Assembly (NCBI GenBank): GCA_965249545.1
Contig: CBDFMH010000005.1
Location: 897,082-961,081, forward strand
DNA length: 64,000 bases
Origin: Pirellulales bacterium
Lineage (GTDB): Bacteria > Planctomycetota > Planctomycetia > Pirellulales > UBA1268
Reading direction: 5' to 3'
Part shown: piece by piece, positions 1 through 8,934 of the stretch
How positions within the stretch are numbered: position 1 is the first letter of the stretch
Layout: the number at the start of each line of letters is the position of its first letter
Program-made: the position numbers and the translations under genes
The notes under the pieces: generated by a model
The model's input: only the letters and a program-made list of their open reading frames with translations
The model's database searches: none
What the model was told of the DNA's origin: nothing

Positions 1-1
1 C

Positions 2-610
2 GCTTCGGAGTTGAACTGTGAGTGGGAAACCCTTGAAGCAACAGATGCGGCATCATTTGACGCATGTGGTGATAAAGCGGCAGAGAATTTGGAAGGATTA
101 ACGGGTGTCGTTAATTGCGTCGGATCAATTCTTTTAAAACCAGGACATCTCACGAGTTCAGATGAATGGCATGAAACAATCGCAGCAAATTTAACAACCG
201 CGTTTCACTGCGTTCGCACTGCTGGCCGACTTCTACGAGGTTCAGGCGGATCAGTTGTTCTGCTATCTAGTGCTGCCGGCAGGATAGGCCTTGCGAATCA
301 TGAGGCAGTTGCCGCGGCAAAAGCGGGTGTCATAGGGCTTACGCGCTCAGCAGCTGCGACGTATGCACGGGCTAAGATACGGTTTAATTGTGTGGCGCCT
401 GGTCTTGTTCGAACTCCTTTGGCTGCAGGCCTCTTATCAAGTGAGCTTGCCGAAAAAGCTTCCGTCTCGATGCATCCCCTCGGACGGATCGGTGAACCAG
501 AAGATGTTTCGAGCGCGGTTTGCTGGTTCCTTGATCCAAAAAATTCTTGGGTAACAGGCCAGATTTTGGGAGTCGATGGAGGCCTTGCTGATATAAAGGC
601 TAAGAACTAA
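2..610 (+). CDS. Short-chain dehydrogenase/reductase (SDR) family protein, 5' end cut by the window edge
   Basis: The reading frame is open to the left edge. The translation carries SDR C-terminal motifs: NCVAPGLVRTP, PLGRIGEPEDVSSAV and VTGQILGVDGG. The N-terminal Rossmann TGxxxGxG motif is missing, so the gene start lies outside the window. Confidence 0.8.
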   Translation, partial: ASELNCEWETLEATDAASFDACGDKAAENLEGLTGVVNCVGSILLKPGHLTSSDEWHETIAANLTTAFHCVRTAGRLLRGSGGSVVLLSSAAGRIGLANHEAVAAAKAGVIGLTRSAAATYARAKIRFNCVAPGLVRTPLAAGLLSSELAEKASVSMHPLGRIGEPEDVSSAVCWFLDPKNSWVTGQILGVDGGLADIKAKN

Positions 611-700
611 CTCGGCATTCGCTCTGCTTGTTCCCCCGAATCGTTCTGCCACATGTACAATACATGTGTTCCCAAAATAGCCAGTGCCCAAAGAAATCAA

Positions 701-1054
701 ATGGCCACTCCTTTAGAATCAAGTGAATTACCTACTGTAGATCCTCATTCGCCACTCGATGTGATTCATCATGTTGCGATTGCCGTCAGTAATGTCACAA
801 AGGCAGTCGACTGGTACACGAAACACTTTCGCTGCGATATTGAATATCAGGACGAGACCTGGGCACTTCTTGAATTTGGAAACACTCGGCTGGCACTCGT
901 GATTCCAGATCAGCACCCGCCACATATTGGTTTTATCCATCCGCAGGCGGAAGCCTTCGGTGAACTAAAAGCACATCGAGATGGCACGCGGAGTTGCTAC
1001 GTTGCTGACCCTGCTGGAAACGCCGTTGAAGTGCTTGCTCCGATTGGAACATGA
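701..1054 (+). CDS. VOC / glyoxalase-bleomycin resistance family protein
   Basis: HHVAIAVSNVTKAVDWYTKHF...LEFGNTRLALV...PPHIGF is a typical glyoxalase-fold pattern. The ORF is open from 653, but ATG 701 is the more plausible start. Its stop overlaps the next ATG (ATGA at 1051-1054). Confidence 0.7.
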   Translation: MATPLESSELPTVDPHSPLDVIHHVAIAVSNVTKAVDWYTKHFRCDIEYQDETWALLEFGNTRLALVIPDQHPPHIGFIHPQAEAFGELKAHRDGTRSCYVADPAGNAVEVLAPIGT

Positions 1055-1554
1055 TGAAAAGTGTCATTCCGGGTGCTCGAGCTCTCCTCCTTCAGGTACT
1101 TGCAACCAGTTTCATGACTGGACTCATCTGGTTTGTTCAGGTTGTGCATTATCCTTTGATGGAAGGGTGGCCTCACGATGAGTTTGGCAGGTGGGAAGTG
1201 GCCCATCGTGACCGCACTGGGCCGGTGGTTATTCCTCCCATGCTGATTGAAGGAGTTGTTGCTGTCTGGTTACTTGTGCATCGGCCGCGGGGTGTTCGTC
1301 CACTTTTCCCTATCGTTGGCATGACGGCTCTTTTGGGCATTTGGGCAAGCACATTTTTTCTTCAAGTGCCTTGTCATCTGCAGCTTTCAACCGGCTGGGA
1401 TGCTCAAACTCTCCGTTTTCTCGTCAATTCAAACTGGATACGGACTATCCTCTGGTCATTCAGAATGGCCCTTTCTGTGGGTATGTTGTGGCAGTTCTGG
1501 TTGGCATATAAGCCAGATTTGGCCGACCTTGCGTCCCTCCAGCAGGACTCCTAA
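1051..1554 (+). CDS. Integral membrane protein, possibly DUF1772-like
   Basis: The 167-aa ORF has about four hydrophobic helices (LLLQVLATSFMTGLIWFVQVV, VVAVWLLV, IVGMTALLGIWASTFFL, ALSVGMLWQFWL). It is translationally coupled to the upstream VOC gene. The family assignment is from memory only. Confidence 0.6.
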   Translation: MMKSVIPGARALLLQVLATSFMTGLIWFVQVVHYPLMEGWPHDEFGRWEVAHRDRTGPVVIPPMLIEGVVAVWLLVHRPRGVRPLFPIVGMTALLGIWASTFFLQVPCHLQLSTGWDAQTLRFLVNSNWIRTILWSFRMALSVGMLWQFWLAYKPDLADLASLQQDS

Positions 1555-1602
1555 TCTCCCAAACCACAGCCGCTTGGTGGTTCTTTTGTTATGTGTTTGG
1601 TC

Positions 1603-1609
1603 AGGGAGG
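1603..1609 (+). promoter_or_regulatory. Shine-Dalgarno-like AGGGAGG upstream of the lpxD ATG at 1617
   Basis: AGGGAGG lies 7 nt upstream of ATG 1617. This supports that start over the alternative start at 1593. Confidence 0.5.
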
Positions 1610-1616
1610 TTGTTTG

Positions 1617-2693
1617 ATGTCTGAGTCTCTTTCTATGCTTGCGAAGCTGGTCGAAGGTCAGCTTGTCATACCCGATGCGCTCGACTTTCAAGAGCACATA
1701 GCGGCAGCGTCGACTTTGGAGACGGCGACCACAGACGCCATAACACTCGTTGACTCTGCTGAGCGATTGCCGAGTTTAGCCAAAAGCCAAGCAGCGGCTG
1801 CTATTGTTCCAGTAGGTACTGGGACGCAGGATCGACCAACGATTGAGGTTGAAGATGTTCATAAAGCCTTTGCAACAATTATTCAACATTTTCGTCCTCC
1901 GCGTGCTCGACACCGTCAAGGTGTGAGTCCTCAAGCAGTCATAGATCCCTCGGCCCGACTTGCTGGTGATGTTGAAGTCCATCCTTTGGCTCTCATAGGT
2001 CAAGATGTTGAACTTGCGAAAGGAGTTGTTATTCATGCAGGAGCTCGAATTGGTGCGGGCTGCCGAATTGGTGCCGGAACAACGGTCTTTGCAAATGCAG
2101 TTCTTTATGAGGATACCCTTGTTGGTCGAGACTGTCTTATTCATGCCAATGCCGTTTTGGGGGCGTTTGGATTTGGGTATAAGCCAGACGCAAAAGGTCT
2201 AGAGCTTTCCGCTCAACTTGGTTGGGTTGAATTAGGCGATCATGTTGAAGTTGGTGCTGGAACAACTATCGATCGTGGAACATACGGGCCAACAGTAATT
2301 GGTAGTGGCACAAAAATAGATAATCTGGTCATGATTGCTCATAACTGCCGAGTTGGTCGCCATAATATGATTTGCTCTCAAGTAGGTGTGGCAGGAAGTA
2401 CAACGACTGGTGAATGGGTGATCATGGCAGGTCAATGTGGTCTGCGTGATCATATTCACATTGGTGATGGCGCAGTACTTGGTGCACGATCAGGCGTCTC
2501 CAATGATGTTCCACCAAAGCAAACGGTACTTGGTGAACCGGCTATTGATCTGAGACAACGCAAGCTGCAACTTGCATCAATGTCGAAGCTTCCTGAGATG
2601 AGAAAGCAAGTAAAGCACCTACTGAAACGAGTTGAAGAATTGGAACAGACGTCTCAATTGGCAACAAAAGAGTCTTCCTCGAAAGCGGCCTAG
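1617..2693 (+). CDS. lpxD: UDP-3-O-acylglucosamine N-acyltransferase
   Basis: The N-terminal LAKLVEGQL-type domain is followed by a long left-handed beta-helix of hexapeptide repeats (GARIGAGCRIGAGTTV..., VGAGTTIDRGT..., IGDGAVLGARSGV). The size fits LpxD and lpxI lies directly downstream. Confidence 0.88.
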   Translation: MSESLSMLAKLVEGQLVIPDALDFQEHIAAASTLETATTDAITLVDSAERLPSLAKSQAAAAIVPVGTGTQDRPTIEVEDVHKAFATIIQHFRPPRARHRQGVSPQAVIDPSARLAGDVEVHPLALIGQDVELAKGVVIHAGARIGAGCRIGAGTTVFANAVLYEDTLVGRDCLIHANAVLGAFGFGYKPDAKGLELSAQLGWVELGDHVEVGAGTTIDRGTYGPTVIGSGTKIDNLVMIAHNCRVGRHNMICSQVGVAGSTTTGEWVIMAGQCGLRDHIHIGDGAVLGARSGVSNDVPPKQTVLGEPAIDLRQRKLQLASMSKLPEMRKQVKHLLKRVEELEQTSQLATKESSSKAA

Positions 2694-2767
2694 GATCTAA
2701 TTGGAGAGGAACAAGTGTCCTCAATGTGTATTTTGAAATCGCTAGATAAAGAGTAGTTGATAGCACA

Positions 2768-3697
2768 ATGAAAGCCTTGTCCGGGGACGTGAACGAACTG
2801 CCATCACTCGACGGAGAACTGGTCGGTATTCTTGCTGGCTGGGGACGGTTTCCAATTGCTACCGCTGAAGCGATTCAACGACGTGGTGGACGAGTTGCGA
2901 TTTTAACGATCCGGTATCATGCAGAAGAATCACTTGAAGAAATAGCGGATGTCTATGGCGAAGTAGGCGTTGCTGAAATTGGAAAAGCCATCGACTTCTT
3001 TCATCAGAATGGCGTGCGTCGAGCGACGATGGCCGGAAAAATTCATAAGAAGCAACTGTTTCGTCGATTCGGATGGATTCGACATCTTCCCGACTGGCAA
3101 GGGCTCAAGACATTCTGGCCACATTTTGTAACTCGTAGCAAAGACAACCGTGACGATGCGCTTCTTGGAGCGATTGCCGTAGCCTTTGAGAAGTCAGAAA
3201 TTCGTATTTGTCCAGCAACAGATTTTGCTCCTGAACTTTTGGCAACTGAAGGTGTGCTAGCGGGCAAGCCACTCTCAAAACGTCGGATGGCTGATGTGGT
3301 TTTTGGCTGGCGGCTTGCGAAAGAACTTGGACGTCTTGATATCGGCCAGACAGTAGTCGTAAAGAACCAGGCTCCAATGGCACTTGAAGCAATTGAGGGT
3401 ACTGATGAGTGCATTCGGCGGGCAGGTCGGCTTTGCCGTTCTGGTGGCATGACCGTAGTGAAGGTTGCAAAGCCTCAGCAAGATGAACGGTTTGACATGC
3501 CTACGATTGGTATCGGGACGCTTCAATCAATTCGAGCGTCAGGAGGCAAGGTGCTTGTGATCGAGGCCGGTAAGACAATCCTTGTCGATCGGGAGCAGAT
3601 CACTGCGTATGCGAGTCGTTGTGGTATTTCAATTGTGAGTTGTTACGACGTTGCTGGAGTACCATTGTTGGAAAAACCCCGCTATCGCGTTGCCTGA
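2768..3697 (+). CDS. lpxI: UDP-2,3-diacylglucosamine diphosphatase LpxI (DUF1009 family)
   Basis: The motif GQTVVVKNQAPMALEAIEGTDECIRRAG and the start GILAGWGRFP are typical of LpxI. The gene sits next to lpxD. Confidence 0.75.
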   Translation: MKALSGDVNELPSLDGELVGILAGWGRFPIATAEAIQRRGGRVAILTIRYHAEESLEEIADVYGEVGVAEIGKAIDFFHQNGVRRATMAGKIHKKQLFRRFGWIRHLPDWQGLKTFWPHFVTRSKDNRDDALLGAIAVAFEKSEIRICPATDFAPELLATEGVLAGKPLSKRRMADVVFGWRLAKELGRLDIGQTVVVKNQAPMALEAIEGTDECIRRAGRLCRSGGMTVVKVAKPQQDERFDMPTIGIGTLQSIRASGGKVLVIEAGKTILVDREQITAYASRCGISIVSCYDVAGVPLLEKPRYRVA

Positions 3698-3736
3698 CTA
3701 TATCGCTTTTCACTCTATTGCCTGTAGACTTCGTAG

Positions 3737-4528
3737 ATGTCTCATTCACTGGCCTTTCATGTGCGAATAGCTTTTCAAACAGTCATTTGTGCAGTCTGTC
3801 TTTGTGCTCCATTACAGTCTGCGGATGATGTATCTCCTTCAAAAAAATCAGAACGTCCGTCGCGACGTCCACTGACTATTGATCTCAGGATTGATCGTTC
3901 TGTTGAAATTCCACCGCCTCGAACACGATATATGGGTCGGGAGATCGCCCAGACGATGCATTACACGGGAGCCCCATGGCTTGTTCGGGAAAGCCGCCAA
4001 CGGGAAGAAGATTGCCGGTTGCTTCTTGAAGCACTTCAAATCCAGCCAGGTCAAACCATCTGTGATCTTGGGTGTGGAAATGGATTTTATACGCTCGAAC
4101 TTGCGCGACGTGTTGGCCCTGAAGGAACAGTGTATGCAGTTGATATCCAGCCTCAAATGCTTCGACTTCTCGTTGCACGAGCGAGGCAGGAAAAGCTCTT
4201 TAATATCAAACCAATTCTGGGGACATTTATTGACCCGCGTTTGCCCAAGGGAGACGTCGATCTCGTATTTTGTGTTGATGTCTACCACGAGTTCTCCCAT
4301 CCCGAGATGATGCTCAATCGTATCCGGGAGAGCCTTTCTGATGGTGGTCAAATTGTTTTAGCAGAGTTTCGTGGGGAAGACGCTACGGTCCCAATTAAGC
4401 CGCTCCACAAGATGACAAAGTTACAAGTCAAAAAAGAACTTGAGCCAAATGGTTTTATTCTCGAACGTGAATTCGATGAGTTGCCATGGCAGCACCTCAT
4501 GTTTTTTGGCATCCAGAACAAAGAGTAA
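3737..4528 (+). CDS. Class I SAM-dependent methyltransferase with N-terminal signal-peptide-like segment
   Basis: SAM motif I is present (ICDLGCGNGFYTLELA), followed by the acidic loop VYAVDIQ. The N-terminus IAFQTVICAVCLCAPLQSADD looks like a cleavable signal peptide. Confidence 0.8.
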   Translation: MSHSLAFHVRIAFQTVICAVCLCAPLQSADDVSPSKKSERPSRRPLTIDLRIDRSVEIPPPRTRYMGREIAQTMHYTGAPWLVRESRQREEDCRLLLEALQIQPGQTICDLGCGNGFYTLELARRVGPEGTVYAVDIQPQMLRLLVARARQEKLFNIKPILGTFIDPRLPKGDVDLVFCVDVYHEFSHPEMMLNRIRESLSDGGQIVLAEFRGEDATVPIKPLHKMTKLQVKKELEPNGFILEREFDELPWQHLMFFGIQNKE

Positions 4529-4534
4529 AGCCGA

Positions 4535-4939
4535 CTACTTCTGATGTATTTGGCAGCTTGTCGTATCACATCGCCCAGCAATCCAGAGCCTTCGTTTGGC
4601 GACATATGCATACAGCCAATTCCAAAGCGGCAGTGACCCTGGAATGTGTAGAAGAAGAGCGAGCGGCCAAAGGAGTGGTAGTTTACGAGATAGATAGCGA
4701 ACAGCAGTTGCACCACCACGAGCATTTCCATGCGTGTCGATTACGAACATCTGTTCTTGGAGTTGTTCAATCGAAAGTTCGGAGAAATCATTGGCCACAC
4801 TCGGCTCATGGAGCGATTTGTAAATAAAACGTTGTCGTAAATCGAGCCGGCGGAGGATTGCAATCTGGCGTTGGCAGAAACGGCACTCACCATCGAAGAG
4901 AATAGTGTCTCGGTCCGGATGATTTTTGGTACGAATCAT
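4535..4939 (-). CDS. Thiol-disulfide oxidoreductase DCC family (DUF393) protein
   Basis: The N-terminal FDGECRFCQRQI (DGxCxxC) motif and the size of about 130 aa fit the family. Confidence 0.7.
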   Translation of the reverse strand: MIRTKNHPDRDTILFDGECRFCQRQIAILRRLDLRQRFIYKSLHEPSVANDFSELSIEQLQEQMFVIDTHGNARGGATAVRYLSRKLPLLWPLALLLHIPGSLPLWNWLYAYVAKRRLWIAGRCDTTSCQIHQK

Positions 4940-5000
4940 AGTACACGAGAGACATTCAGGGGCTTTGCATGCAGCCTGCTTGAGAAGCCTGACAGCGGGC

Positions 5001-5213
5001 TTATTCCTTGATCAAACCACTAGGAAGTGTACACAAATTTAAAATTGTGATGGCTCCACCAGAAATGAGTAGCCACGGTGCCCATTCAGGTGCTGTGATC
5101 GAACGACCCATGCCACCTGCTAGTGGTACAACAACGGCAGAATCGATGAATAGCAGTTCAATGCCTAGCAGCGTAGCGAATATTCCAATCGCAAGAAATA
5201 TACTTTTCCACAT
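5001..5213 (-). CDS. Small two-helix membrane protein, unknown function
   Basis: The 70-aa ORF has two hydrophobic helices. It resembles the ORF at 28218-28493 (see findings). Confidence 0.5.
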   Translation of the reverse strand: MWKSIFLAIGIFATLLGIELLFIDSAVVVPLAGGMGRSITAPEWAPWLLISGGAITILNLCTLPSGLIKE

Positions 5214-5363
5214 AATGGTGCCTGAAACCGGAATCTAACTCCTGCGCGATGAGCCCCTCGCTATCGCCTCTGTAGAAACATCGACGTACTCGGGAACCTA
5301 GCTAGAGAAGCCACTCACCTCGGGCAACCTAGAACGACTGTGATGATAATTCAGGGAGCAGAA

Positions 5364-7502
5364 CTACTGATTTGCAGCATCAGCTGGCGGTTCGTTCTCT
5401 CTGTCAGGTGGTGTTTGTAACGTACCAGCTCGACGTTCGGCTGTCGTACCCGGTACGAGTTGCGGCTTCCCGTTTGTGGTTTCAATAATATCCTGGAGGT
5501 CACTACCATCAATTACTTCAGCCTCGATTAAGCGACTTGTAATCGATTCAAGTGATGTGCGGCGGGTTTGGAGAATCTGACGGACCTGAACAATCGACGT
5601 GTCAATTATGCGGCGGACCTCTTCATCGATTTCGCGAGCGGTCTCTTCGCTATGGCTGCGAGTCGCGCCAAAGTCCGCGCCTCCACCAGTAAGAAATGGT
5701 GATCGTTGGCTTTCACGATAGTTTACTCTGCCGAGTTGACTCATGCCGTAGTCCATCACCATTGAGCGTGCAATTTCACTCGCTCGCTCTAAGTCGTTTT
5801 GGGCTCCTGTTGAGATGTCGTCATAAATCATTTCTTCTGCAATCGTGCCAGCGAGGAGAACATGAATTCTGCTTTCAAGTTCACTTTGTGTGAGGAGATA
5901 CCGATCATCTTCTGGCCGCTGCATGGTGTAGCCTAAAGCGGCGAGGCCACGGGGTATGATTGACACCTTATGTATGGGATCGGTATTCGGAAGAGAATAT
6001 GCAACTAAGGCGTGTGCTGCTTCGTGATACGCCACTCGTTTCTTTTCATCTTCGTGGATCACTCGCTTCTTTTTTTCAAGGCCTGCAGTGCCACGTTCAA
6101 CAGCCTCGTTGAACTCCACCATCCCCACAGATTTCTTGTTGTTTCGAGCAGCCAGCAAAGCGGCCTCATTCACAAGATTGGCAAGGTCTGCACCACAAAA
6201 ACCAGAGGTAATTCGTGCCACCTGCTCAATATTCACTTTAGGATCGAGTTTCACATTGAGGACATGCACCTTGAGAATAGCCTCACGTCCACGGACATCA
6301 GGTCGGTCGACGAGAACATGCCGATCAAATCTTCCTGGTCGGAGGAGGGCCGGATCAAGTGTTTCCGGTCGGTTCGTAGCTGCCATCACAATGACGCCGG
6401 AGTTGCTACCAAACCCATCCATTTCAACAAGCAACGCATTGAGTGTCTGCTCCCTCTCATCATGACCGCCAACCACACTTGAACCTCGGGTTTTCCCCAA
6501 AGCATCGAGCTCGTCAATAAAAATGATGCACGGGCTCTTTTGTGCGGCCTGTTGAAACATGTCACGGACACGGGCGGCTCCGACACCAACAAACATTTCA
6601 ACAAAGTCACTCCCAGAAAGTCCAAAGAAGGGAACACCAGCTTCACCCGCAATCGCTTTTGCGAGAAGGGTCTTTCCTGTCCCAGGAGGTCCTACTAATA
6701 AAACACCCTTCGGAATATGGCCACCAAGAACCTGATATTTTTCAGGGCTTCGAAGAAACTCAACCACTTCGCGAAGTTCATCAACGGCTTCGTCTATTCC
6801 AGCGACGTCATCAAAACTGATCCCGAGATCTTCTTGGGCATACATTTTTCCTCGGCTGCGACCAAATGCCATTGGGCTTCCAGCTCCTCCAAGGCGACGC
6901 ACCATGAGAAAGAAACCCAACGCCAGTAAACCGGTCAACACCAACATTGGCATATAGTTTCGCCAAGGACTCGGCGGATCTTCATACCGATAATCAACTT
7001 TATTGAGATCGAGTATCTTCGACAGCTGTCCCTCCGAGTTCTCACTTGGGAGTTTCGCAGTCCGAAATCGCAGCTGTTCACCTTGGGCGTTACCACCAGC
7101 CGTTAATCGGCCGTCATCAATAGGTCGCAGTCCACCTCGTCCATTGCCTCCTGGCAAAGGAACTTTTCGCAGTGTTCCAGTCACCTCAAATGCACCGATG
7201 ACTACATCATCGATCGAGCAGAATCGTGAAACCAGTGGAGATCCTTTTGCTGTTTCGCCTGTAATAACCTCTACGAATCGTGGCGAGCCTGACTGATCTT
7301 CTTCTTCACCCGCAGCCCGAATAAGTCGCTCCAGGTCGGTGTAGCTCAATTGAACTTCCTGGCCATTGCTGAAGAGGCTTGCTGCAAAAAGACCAGCGAC
7401 TGCCACGGCAATCAGGGACCAGATGAGATTTGAGCCACCGAAAGCCTGCTTTCGATCACCAGAACGCCGTCCAGGATCTTTTTCATTATTTTTTTGATTC
7501 AT
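5364..7502 (-). CDS. ftsH: ATP-dependent zinc metalloprotease FtsH
   Basis: Present are Walker [24 protein letters not shown], Walker [10 protein letters not shown], the second region of homology, and the zinc motif HEAAHAL. An N-terminal TM and a long periplasmic loop are also seen. Confidence 0.95.
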   Translation of the reverse strand: MNQKNNEKDPGRRSGDRKQAFGGSNLIWSLIAVAVAGLFAASLFSNGQEVQLSYTDLERLIRAAGEEEDQSGSPRFVEVITGETAKGSPLVSRFCSIDDVVIGAFEVTGTLRKVPLPGGNGRGGLRPIDDGRLTAGGNAQGEQLRFRTAKLPSENSEGQLSKILDLNKVDYRYEDPPSPWRNYMPMLVLTGLLALGFFLMVRRLGGAGSPMAFGRSRGKMYAQEDLGISFDDVAGIDEAVDELREVVEFLRSPEKYQVLGGHIPKGVLLVGPPGTGKTLLAKAIAGEAGVPFFGLSGSDFVEMFVGVGAARVRDMFQQAAQKSPCIIFIDELDALGKTRGSSVVGGHDEREQTLNALLVEMDGFGSNSGVIVMAATNRPETLDPALLRPGRFDRHVLVDRPDVRGREAILKVHVLNVKLDPKVNIEQVARITSGFCGADLANLVNEAALLAARNNKKSVGMVEFNEAVERGTAGLEKKKRVIHEDEKKRVAYHEAAHALVAYSLPNTDPIHKVSIIPRGLAALGYTMQRPEDDRYLLTQSELESRIHVLLAGTIAEEMIYDDISTGAQNDLERASEIARSMVMDYGMSQLGRVNYRESQRSPFLTGGGADFGATRSHSEETAREIDEEVRRIIDTSIVQVRQILQTRRTSLESITSRLIEAEVIDGSDLQDIIETTNGKPQLVPGTTAERRAGTLQTPPDRENEPPADAANQ

Positions 7503-7767
7503 AGACGAAATGTCGCAATCGTTTCTTTATTTTGAGAGGCAGCACCGCAATCCCTCTATCGTAGGCTCGAAAGAAGCCTGCGACAAATGACGTGCATGGC
7601 ATCCGGCGACCGGAGTGCGTAAACTAGATTTCGTCGTATTTTGACATGTTTTCATAGTTTTCCAGATTGACCCGTCCATGATGTTACCCGACCGCACTGT
7701 GGCTTCTGCCACTTCAATGGCCGTTTCGGGTGCGGAAGTGGTGCGTGAGCAATCGACTGATCTTCAA

Positions 7768-8934
7768 ATGTCCTCAGATACCGTTCCTCTTCGTGTTGCG
7801 GTTCTGGGTTCAACCGGAAGTATTGGTAAGAATACCCTTGAGGTTATTGCTGCCTCCGAAGGTCGTTTCAAGGTGCATCTGCTGTGTGGTCACCGCAGCA
7901 TTGATGTTCTGGTTGAACAGGCTCAAGCATGTCGGCCTCGCTGGGTCGTAGTGACCGATGCGACTGCTGCTGAATCACTTGGACCGGGTGCATTCCCAAA
8001 AGGAACAGAACTCGTCGTTGGTCCAGAACGTCTTGAAGAACTACTCGCTGCTCCAGAAGTTGACCGAGTTGTTTCAGCTATTGTTGGGGCTGCTGGTTTG
8101 CGCAGTACGTGGTCAGCACTCGCTGCTGGGAAGACGGTAGCGCTTGCCAATAAAGAAACGCTGGTGACAGCCGGGCCTTTGGTAACACAGTTGGCAGCAC
8201 GTTCTGGTGCTACGATTGTGCCGGTCGATAGTGAGCATTCTGCGATCCATCAGGCGTTACGGAGTGGACGTCGTCATGAATTGCAGCGAGTCGTGCTGAC
8301 TGCCAGCGGTGGGCCTTTCCGAACTCATACCAAAGAGCAGATATCCGAGGTAACGCCAGAGCAAGCGCTCAAGCACCCAACCTGGTCAATGGGACCGAAG
8401 ATTACCATTGATTCGGCAACGATGATGAACAAGGCACTTGAATTGATTGAGGCCCGCTGGCTCTTCAATCTCCGAGCGGACCAGTTGGGTGTCGTTGTCC
8501 ATCCACAATCAATTATTCATTCTTTTGTTGAATTTATTGATGGTTCGGTCATTGCCCAGATTGGGCCACCAGACATGAAACTTCCGATCCAGTATGCACT
8601 TGCGTATCCAGAAAGGTACGATGGTCCGGCTCGGCGGTTCGATTTTGGTGTTGCTCAGCAACTAGAATTGAGCCCCCCCGACCTCGAACGTTTTCCAGCA
8701 GTTCGTCTCGGCTATGATGTTGCGGCTCGGGGTGGTACTGCTGGTGTGGTTTTGAATGCTGTAAACGAGGAGGCAGTCCAGGCTTTCCTCAATGGAGTGG
8801 TAAAGTTTCCACAGATTGCTGAATTGTGTGAGCGAGCAGTGTCGGAACATCCATTTATTGGTGACCCGACACTCGAAGACATACTCAGGCTTGATGCCTG
8901 GGCCAGAAAGGAAGTCCAAACGTGGATGTGTTGA
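7768..8934 (+). CDS. dxr: 1-deoxy-D-xylulose-5-phosphate reductoisomerase
   Basis: Motifs include VAVLGSTGSIGKNTLEV, LANKETLV, DSEHSAI and HPTWSMGPKITIDSATMMNKALE. The ORF is open from 7678, but ATG 7768 gives a canonical N-terminus. Confidence 0.93.
   Translation: MSSDTVPLRVAVLGSTGSIGKNTLEVIAASEGRFKVHLLCGHRSIDVLVEQAQACRPRWVVVTDATAAESLGPGAFPKGTELVVGPERLEELLAAPEVDRVVSAIVGAAGLRSTWSALAAGKTVALANKETLVTAGPLVTQLAARSGATIVPVDSEHSAIHQALRSGRRHELQRVVLTASGGPFRTHTKEQISEVTPEQALKHPTWSMGPKITIDSATMMNKALELIEARWLFNLRADQLGVVVHPQSIIHSFVEFIDGSVIAQIGPPDMKLPIQYALAYPERYDGPARRFDFGVAQQLELSPPDLERFPAVRLGYDVAARGGTAGVVLNAVNEEAVQAFLNGVVKFPQIAELCERAVSEHPFIGDPTLEDILRLDAWARKEVQTWMC

Noticed and set aside
3848-4351. Minus-strand ORF of 167 aa, and a 143-aa plus-strand ORF, overlapping the methyltransferase gene
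   Set aside because: The methyltransferase frame carries SAM-binding motifs. The alternatives do not.
6012-6482. Plus-strand ORFs (156 aa and 125 aa) antisense to ftsH
   Set aside because: FtsH on the minus strand is certain (Walker motifs and HEAAH). The antisense translations are Ser/Arg/Leu-rich noise.
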